From positions 64,001 through 128,000 of the forward strand of contig CALKCF010000002.1 in NCBI GenBank assembly GCA_938083505.1: 64,000 nt of DNA, written 5' to 3'. Of this stretch, positions 58,564 through 64,000 are shown in pieces (position 1 is the stretch's first letter; each line of letters begins with the position of its first letter). The DNA is from an uncultured archaeon (lineage in GTDB: Archaea; Thermoproteota; Nitrososphaeria_A; Caldarchaeales; Wolframiiraptoraceae). Position numbers and translations under genes: made by a program. The notes beneath the pieces were generated by a model, which saw only the letters and a program-made list of their open reading frames with translations, was not told the origin of the DNA and searched no databases.

Positions 58564-58588
58564 TGGAGTAGAGATTTTAGTTTTTATA

Positions 58589-59503
58589 ATGGAATTTTGG
58601 TGTAGAATAACTATCATGCCTGGATTACTTCTTTCGTTACTGTCGGCCGTGACCTTTGGGCTGAACTCGGTCGTAATGAGAAGGGGGCTTATAATTGGTG
58701 ACGTTTATCCAAGCGTATGGATCAGCTTATTATTCGCAACACCCTACACAGCCATCATCTCGTTTTTTACCGGTGAGATATTGGCTCTAACTAATTTGAG
58801 TACCACGGCAATAATCTATTTCGTTTTAGCAGGCATATCGAACTTCCTTATCGTAAGGTATTTAGTATATATGGCCATAAAGTTAGCTGGTGCTACTGTA
58901 ACCCTTCCGATAGTTTCGGGTAACACGTTGATAACTGTTTTTCTTGGAATAATTTTACTTAGAGAAGAGATTTCATCTAGGTCGATAGTTGCAGCAATTC
59001 TCGTTGTAATCGGCATTGCACTCATTACAAATAGAAAAGCCTATGCAGAAAGCGATCACGGATATTTCACAAACTTCAAGCGAGGTGCAGCTTATGCCAT
59101 TCTCGCAATGTTGAGTCTCAGTATATCGTCGATCACAGTTAGGTTAGGTGCGCTCGAGACGGGCTTACCATCACTAGGTCTGCTGATCTCGAATTTTTTC
59201 GCTCTGATAACATGTTCTATCTTCCTAGCGTTTCCAAACTATAAAAAAGAAGTTTTTAGTACCAACATGAAAGCCAGACATTATTTTCTTTTAGGTGCAT
59301 TCTTGGTAACGAACGGTCAGCTGACACGCTATGTTGCGCTTGCACATTCACCGGTCAGCATTGCATCACCGATTATTAATAGCTATCCTTTATTTACTTT
59401 AATATTATCTTACATATTTAATAGAAAGATCGAGGTTTTCGATTGGAAAGTCATCGTAGGTACACTTCTAGCAATGACGGCACTAATTTTACTCTTCACC
59501 TAG
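58589..59503 (+). CDS. EamA/DMT family transporter
   Basis: Two 5-TM repeats, LREEI, PLFT. Confidence 0.85.
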   Translation: MEFWCRITIMPGLLLSLLSAVTFGLNSVVMRRGLIIGDVYPSVWISLLFATPYTAIISFFTGEILALTNLSTTAIIYFVLAGISNFLIVRYLVYMAIKLAGATVTLPIVSGNTLITVFLGIILLREEISSRSIVAAILVVIGIALITNRKAYAESDHGYFTNFKRGAAYAILAMLSLSISSITVRLGALETGLPSLGLLISNFFALITCSIFLAFPNYKKEVFSTNMKARHYFLLGAFLVTNGQLTRYVALAHSPVSIASPIINSYPLFTLILSYIFNRKIEVFDWKVIVGTLLAMTALILLFT

Positions 59504-60418
59504 GGGATATGGTACATCATACTGCATAAGGTCTTCAGAGAGGTATGTTTGTGGAAATATACTCCTTGCCTCTGACAAAAGTCGCTCAGGGTCGTTATCG
59601 TAGCGGGGGCTTATGTGAAATAAATACAACCTCTTTACAGCAGCTGCGGCGGCAGTCTCTGCTGCTTCTTTTGCAGTGGAGTGACCTTCCATCTTGGCCC
59701 TTTCCAAAAGTTCATGAGAGAATGTTGCATCGTGTATCAGTACATCGGCATTTATGCTGAACTCTACAATCCTATCGGTAGGTCTTGTGTCTCCTGTGTA
59801 AACTACGATCCTCCCCTTCCTTGGAGGGCCGACTGCTTCTTCCGGTGTTATCTTACTACCTTTGTAAACTACGGTGCACCCTCTTTGTAATTTACCCCAT
59901 AGGGGACCTCTTGGTAGACCTATGCTCTCTAGGTATTCTACGCGCATCTTACCTGGTCTTTCCTTTTCTTGAAGTTTGTACGCTAACGAATAGACGCTAT
60001 GCACTGTTTTTATGGCCTCCACTTTATATTCTTGTGAGGTGTACACAATACCTTCATCTACTTCGAATATCTTTAGAGGGAAACTGGTTGCACCACATGT
60101 AGTAACAAGTAAGGCTTTAACAACTTCCTTCGTGCCAACAGGACCGTAAATTTCAATTGAGTCGTTTCTACCTAACATAGACATCGTGTACAACAGACCC
60201 GGCAAGCCTAATACATGGTCTCCGTGAAGATGAGTTAAGAAGATCTTAAAATTCCTTTTGAAACCCAACCCAGCCAGCATTGCTTGCCTTTGTGTTGATT
60301 CCCCGCAATCAAACAAAAGCGTACTACCTGCGTATTTGATCGCAATGGCTGGAAGGCCACGTCTCCTGCTTGGCATGCCACCCCCAGTGCCCAAGAAAAT
60401 TATCCTCATGACCGTCAA
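59489..60418 (-). CDS. rnz: Ribonuclease Z
   Basis: LGTGG..P, DCGE, THLHGDH, GP flexible arm, GDT, HDATF, HISPRY. Confidence 0.93.
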   Translation of the reverse strand: MTVMRIIFLGTGGGMPSRRRGLPAIAIKYAGSTLLFDCGESTQRQAMLAGLGFKRNFKIFLTHLHGDHVLGLPGLLYTMSMLGRNDSIEIYGPVGTKEVVKALLVTTCGATSFPLKIFEVDEGIVYTSQEYKVEAIKTVHSVYSLAYKLQEKERPGKMRVEYLESIGLPRGPLWGKLQRGCTVVYKGSKITPEEAVGPPRKGRIVVYTGDTRPTDRIVEFSINADVLIHDATFSHELLERAKMEGHSTAKEAAETAAAAAVKRLYLFHISPRYDNDPERLLSEARSIFPQTYLSEDLMQYDVPYPLGEE

Positions 60419-60472
60419 TCAGCATTCCTACCGAAGATCGTCCTGATATCTTGGTTTTTAATTATTGTTACT

Positions 60473-61513
60473 TTATCGCATCCTAAAAACTATTATGTTT
60501 CTCGTCAGACTCCCATGTACTTTTATCGCATAGGTTTCTAAGACGTCTAGACCATATACTTCTCCTAAGGGGATCATATCAATGTTTGAGGGTGAGGCCA
60601 TGCATACGCTACCACCCTTTACGAGCAGATCCACTAATTTCGATAGAAAATCTTCTAGCAAGCTAGTTAGCGATCCGGTTGGTATCGTCGTAGACCTGCC
60701 ATAAGGAGGGTCCGTCACGATCGAGTCAAAAACTCTCCTGAATGGCGCAACCCTCGCATCACCGTTTATTATATCGGGACCGCCGGGCGCGTAATGCTCT
60801 AAGTTTAGCCTCGCACCCTTACATATCCAATGCTTTATCTCCAATCCTACTGCCTCATATCCTAACAACCATGCCTCATTAAGTATTGAGGCAGAGCCGG
60901 CAAATGGGTCAAGTATTCTACCACCGGGCTTAACCCTAGCTAGGTTAACCATGCACCTAGCAATCTTAGGCTGAAGAGCAGAAGGTAACGTAAAGGGCCT
61001 CCTACCTGCTTTCCTGTCGTAGAACTCCTTCTTTTTCTTCTTTGCGACCGATAACCCGAAGAAGAGCTTATACGGTGTTGCCAGAACCACGAACTTTTTG
61101 TTAGGATTCTCTAAATTTACTGACACATGTTTCCCGCAATTTAAGAGAATTTTCCCTAACTCTATTTCAATTTTTTTTGTGTCGTGTTCTGCACCCCAAC
61201 ACCTTACGCACCTTATTTCGAACGTTTCTCCGTCGTCCAATAACTCGTGTAAAGGTATAGATTTTACGTATTCTATCAGCCCACACATATCCGTAGACTT
61301 CGCTATAAGCAATGCTGCTTCCTTAACGTAAGCAGAACGCTCAACGGTCATGACTGCACAATCTTTTGTGGTCTCAGTTACCCCAACACCCTTACATTCT
61401 AAAACAACATTTGAAGAACTATCAAATGTAGAGAGAATAGCCCTCAGTTCACCAAAGGACAGTTCAGGGTACTCGCCAGATAGTTGAAAGAAATATTGTG
61501 TTTTTTCTTTCAT
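60473..61513 (-). CDS. tRNA (guanine-10-N2) methyltransferase Trm11/TrmG10-like (THUMP + MTase)
   Basis: LSGE, VNLENP, RPF..P, AR.MVNL, DPFAGS, TDPPYG, VHGSLTR. Confidence 0.88.
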   Translation of the reverse strand: MKEKTQYFFQLSGEYPELSFGELRAILSTFDSSSNVVLECKGVGVTETTKDCAVMTVERSAYVKEAALLIAKSTDMCGLIEYVKSIPLHELLDDGETFEIRCVRCWGAEHDTKKIEIELGKILLNCGKHVSVNLENPNKKFVVLATPYKLFFGLSVAKKKKKEFYDRKAGRRPFTLPSALQPKIARCMVNLARVKPGGRILDPFAGSASILNEAWLLGYEAVGLEIKHWICKGARLNLEHYAPGGPDIINGDARVAPFRRVFDSIVTDPPYGRSTTIPTGSLTSLLEDFLSKLVDLLVKGGSVCMASPSNIDMIPLGEVYGLDVLETYAIKVHGSLTRNIIVFRMR

Positions 61514-62385
61514 AATTTTCGTAAGCACTCCGCTAACAGACCTGCTATAGACACGAAAGCGTACTTATTAGGGACGGCATCTGTAGCTATGATAACATCA
61601 GCACCCGATGATAGGATCTTCTTATCAGCATCGTCTACCATTATTGCATGAATACAACCGACAAGTATTCTTCTAGCCCCAGCAGACTTTAGGGTACTGA
61701 CTGATTTAACCATCGTGCCGCCTGTGCTTATCATATCATCAATCACCACAACGTCTCTATCTTTAACATCTATACCTTCCAACTCAATCTCGACAGTTCC
61801 TGTGTTGACGTTCCTCTTTGTCCTAATCACACCGTAATCAGCATTCAAAACCTTTGCAGCCGTTGCACTCATATACTCTCCCTTCTTTCCAGGCGCCAAG
61901 ATCATGGGGTTCTTCAGGTTCATTTGTAGGATATAAGAGGCAAGTGTACCAACAGCATCCAAGTTCTCGATAGGTATCGGCGATCTATCGATAATCCATG
62001 GCGCATGTATATTTACTGTTAATATTTTGTCCACACCAGATTGCTTAAGTATTTTTAATACAACGTCTATGCTTACCACTTCACCTTCTTTAAATCGCCT
62101 ATCCTGCTTAGCATATGCCAAATAAGGTATAACTACTACGACACTTTTGGCGCCTAGATCTTTTGCACCACTTGACAGAAGGCAAAGTTGAAGTATGTGC
62201 TTGTCCTGAGGTGGATGAGTACTCTGGAATATCACCACATTCTCATTTTCAACACTATCGACGTACCGAAAGTAAGATTCACCATCCGGGAATATCCTAT
62301 GTTCCAATTCCGTTAATCTAAGACCCAGTATGCTAGACACCTTATTCGTAAGTTCTACGGACGCTGGACCTGGGACCAGTTTCAT
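61510..62385 (-). CDS. prs: Ribose-phosphate pyrophosphokinase
   Basis: FPDGE, PYLAYAKQDR, VIDDMISTGGT. Confidence 0.92.
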   Translation of the reverse strand: MKLVPGPASVELTNKVSSILGLRLTELEHRIFPDGESYFRYVDSVENENVVIFQSTHPPQDKHILQLCLLSSGAKDLGAKSVVVVIPYLAYAKQDRRFKEGEVVSIDVVLKILKQSGVDKILTVNIHAPWIIDRSPIPIENLDAVGTLASYILQMNLKNPMILAPGKKGEYMSATAAKVLNADYGVIRTKRNVNTGTVEIELEGIDVKDRDVVVIDDMISTGGTMVKSVSTLKSAGARRILVGCIHAIMVDDADKKILSSGADVIIATDAVPNKYAFVSIAGLLAECLRKL

Positions 62386-62426
62386 GTTTGACCAAAATTA
62401 GTCATTCAAGGTAAACTATAAACTTC

Positions 62427-63710
62427 ATGAGGGGACTGAGCAATAGGTCGGATAAGATTGCAAAAACTCTAAAAAGGCAGGCTTCGTTCATAAATATGAT
62501 GAAGGTTAAGCTGATAAAAGACCCGGTGTGGGGGTATATAGAGCTTGATGAATATGATAGGCGAATCGTTGATACCGTAGCTTTCCAAAGATTAAGAAGA
62601 ATAATGCAACTCCCCCTAGTTTACCTTGTATACCCTTGCGCGAGACATACCCGGTTTGATCATTCGTTAGGCTGCTTTTACCTCGCTGGAGAGTATACCA
62701 AGCACTTAGAGTTAGACGAGTATTGGACAAGAGTTTTGAAATATGCTGCGTTACTTCATGACATAGGCCACACACCTTACTCCCACCTTTTAGAAGCTTT
62801 ACTGATTGAAAAGGGCATGAATCATGAAGTGATGGGTGTAAAAATTTTAAATGAAGATCCTGAGCTTGCTTCCGCGATAGAGGCTTCAGGTATTAGAATT
62901 AAAGACGTCATAGATATTCTTGAAAAACGCAAAGCAGAGTCTGCTATAATATCCGGACCGACAGATGTCGATAAACTTGATTTCCTCATAAGGGACTCGT
63001 ACTTTAGCGGAGCCACCTATGGAATAGTTGATGCTAAAAGAATAATCATGATGACAAAAATCATAGATGGTAAGACCATGATAAGCATCCGTGGGTTAGG
63101 CGTAGTAGAAGAGTTAGCGCTGGCGCGCTTTCAATCTTTCATGAATATTTATTTCCACCATGCGGCCAGGGCTGCTCAGTCGTTGTTCTTAAGGGGAGTT
63201 AAACTAATCGAGCATCTTTTGGATTTCTCTTCCATGTCAGTTGAGGAATACATTTCACAGGATGACTATACAGTATGGTGCATGATGAAGGTTAACGAGA
63301 AATCCAGGGAGATAATAAAAAGAATAGAGAGCCGAATACTGCCAAAGCGAGCTTTTGAAAATAGAATATCGCACGAGAAGATTTCGTTATCTATTTTGAG
63401 TAAACCGCATATAAAAAGGAACATTGAGGAAGAGATAGCGTCGATGGCGGGGATAAATGTTGAACATGTATGGGTAGATACGCCGTATGTTCCACCATTA
63501 CCACTTTCAGACTCCCAAGAGGTTAGGTTTTACGAAGAAAGTGCTGAAGGTATAAGAGAAGTAAGTGTAGACTCTTTCCTACTTAGGTCTGTAAGCGAAG
63601 TGTACAACATAATTAGGGTTTACACAGAAAGCGAATATAGGGAAAAAGTGTATAAAGCTGCTAAGGAATATTTTGAGACCTTCCCAAAGGCCACGAAGGT
63701 AAGCTTTTGA
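62427..63710 (+). CDS. HD-domain phosphohydrolase (dNTPase/YdhJ-like)
   Basis: DPVWG, FQRLRRI.Q, HTRFDHSLG, LLHDIGH, DVDKLDF, YFHH. Confidence 0.9.
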   Translation: MRGLSNRSDKIAKTLKRQASFINMMKVKLIKDPVWGYIELDEYDRRIVDTVAFQRLRRIMQLPLVYLVYPCARHTRFDHSLGCFYLAGEYTKHLELDEYWTRVLKYAALLHDIGHTPYSHLLEALLIEKGMNHEVMGVKILNEDPELASAIEASGIRIKDVIDILEKRKAESAIISGPTDVDKLDFLIRDSYFSGATYGIVDAKRIIMMTKIIDGKTMISIRGLGVVEELALARFQSFMNIYFHHAARAAQSLFLRGVKLIEHLLDFSSMSVEEYISQDDYTVWCMMKVNEKSREIIKRIESRILPKRAFENRISHEKISLSILSKPHIKRNIEEEIASMAGINVEHVWVDTPYVPPLPLSDSQEVRFYEESAEGIREVSVDSFLLRSVSEVYNIIRVYTESEYREKVYKAAKEYFETFPKATKVSF

Positions 63711-63857
63711 TACAGTGGCCCTTTCTTACTACCATGGTTTCAGTGAAGGTATTGTCAAAAAAGTTAAAGCTTATATTAGATCTCTCAGTTTGTATTTATA
63801 AAGAGTCTGGTGATGGTTAATAATTAACTCTAAAAATGAAAAGTGGGGCGACAATTT

Positions 63858-64000
63858 TTGAGTATAGGAATAACATCTGTCAAGTATGTAATAGAGGCCA
63901 AAATAGAAGTTGACGGAGTTGTCGACAAAAACGATATAATCGGTGCTATATTCGGGCAGACAGAAGGTATATTCAGCTCGGAGTTGGATTTCAGGGAACT
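63858..64000 (+). CDS. dnaG: Archaeal DnaG (5' partial)
   Basis: KYVIEAKIEVDGVVDKNDIIGAIFGQTEG...LDFRE. Confidence 0.88.
   Translation, partial: MSIGITSVKYVIEAKIEVDGVVDKNDIIGAIFGQTEGIFSSELDFRE

Overview
Chromosomal segment of an archaeon, about 43% GC by eye, most consistent with the TACK/Thermoproteota group. Indicators are archaeal AsnRS, ABCE1, RadB, Top6A, a GPN GTPase, AglB, PGI/PMI, DnaG, intron-containing tRNAs and BRE-TATA promoters; the exact lineage cannot be fixed from sequence alone. It is mostly housekeeping and metabolic genes. RNA genes are four tRNAs (Thr-GGT; Trp-CCA with two introns; Leu-CAG and Ser-CGA with one each) and one box C/D sRNA. No CRISPR array, integrase or transposase was seen. 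Highlights: (1) a 320-aa intein splits the [4Fe-4S] motif of ribosome recycling factor ABCE1, with a Cys at -3 (redox-trap geometry); (2) a eukaryote-like AglB/STT3 is flanked by an OSTC/DC2-like (OST3/6) membrane protein and a membrane-anchored CxxC thioredoxin, a candidate multi-subunit archaeal oligosaccharyltransferase; (3) a candidate F420-dependent oxidative pentose phosphate cluster (Fgd-like, GndA, tandem SIS, cyclase); (4) an ABC transporter/DUF917/twin hydantoin racemase cluster with a perfect 30-bp palindrome; (5) a chaperonin paralog with degenerate ATPase motifs; (6) microproteins missed by the ORF track (poly-Glu/Phe, Lys-rich, Zn ribbon) and a dispersed 45-49 bp palindromic element. 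Family calls come from motif recognition by eye, not database searches.
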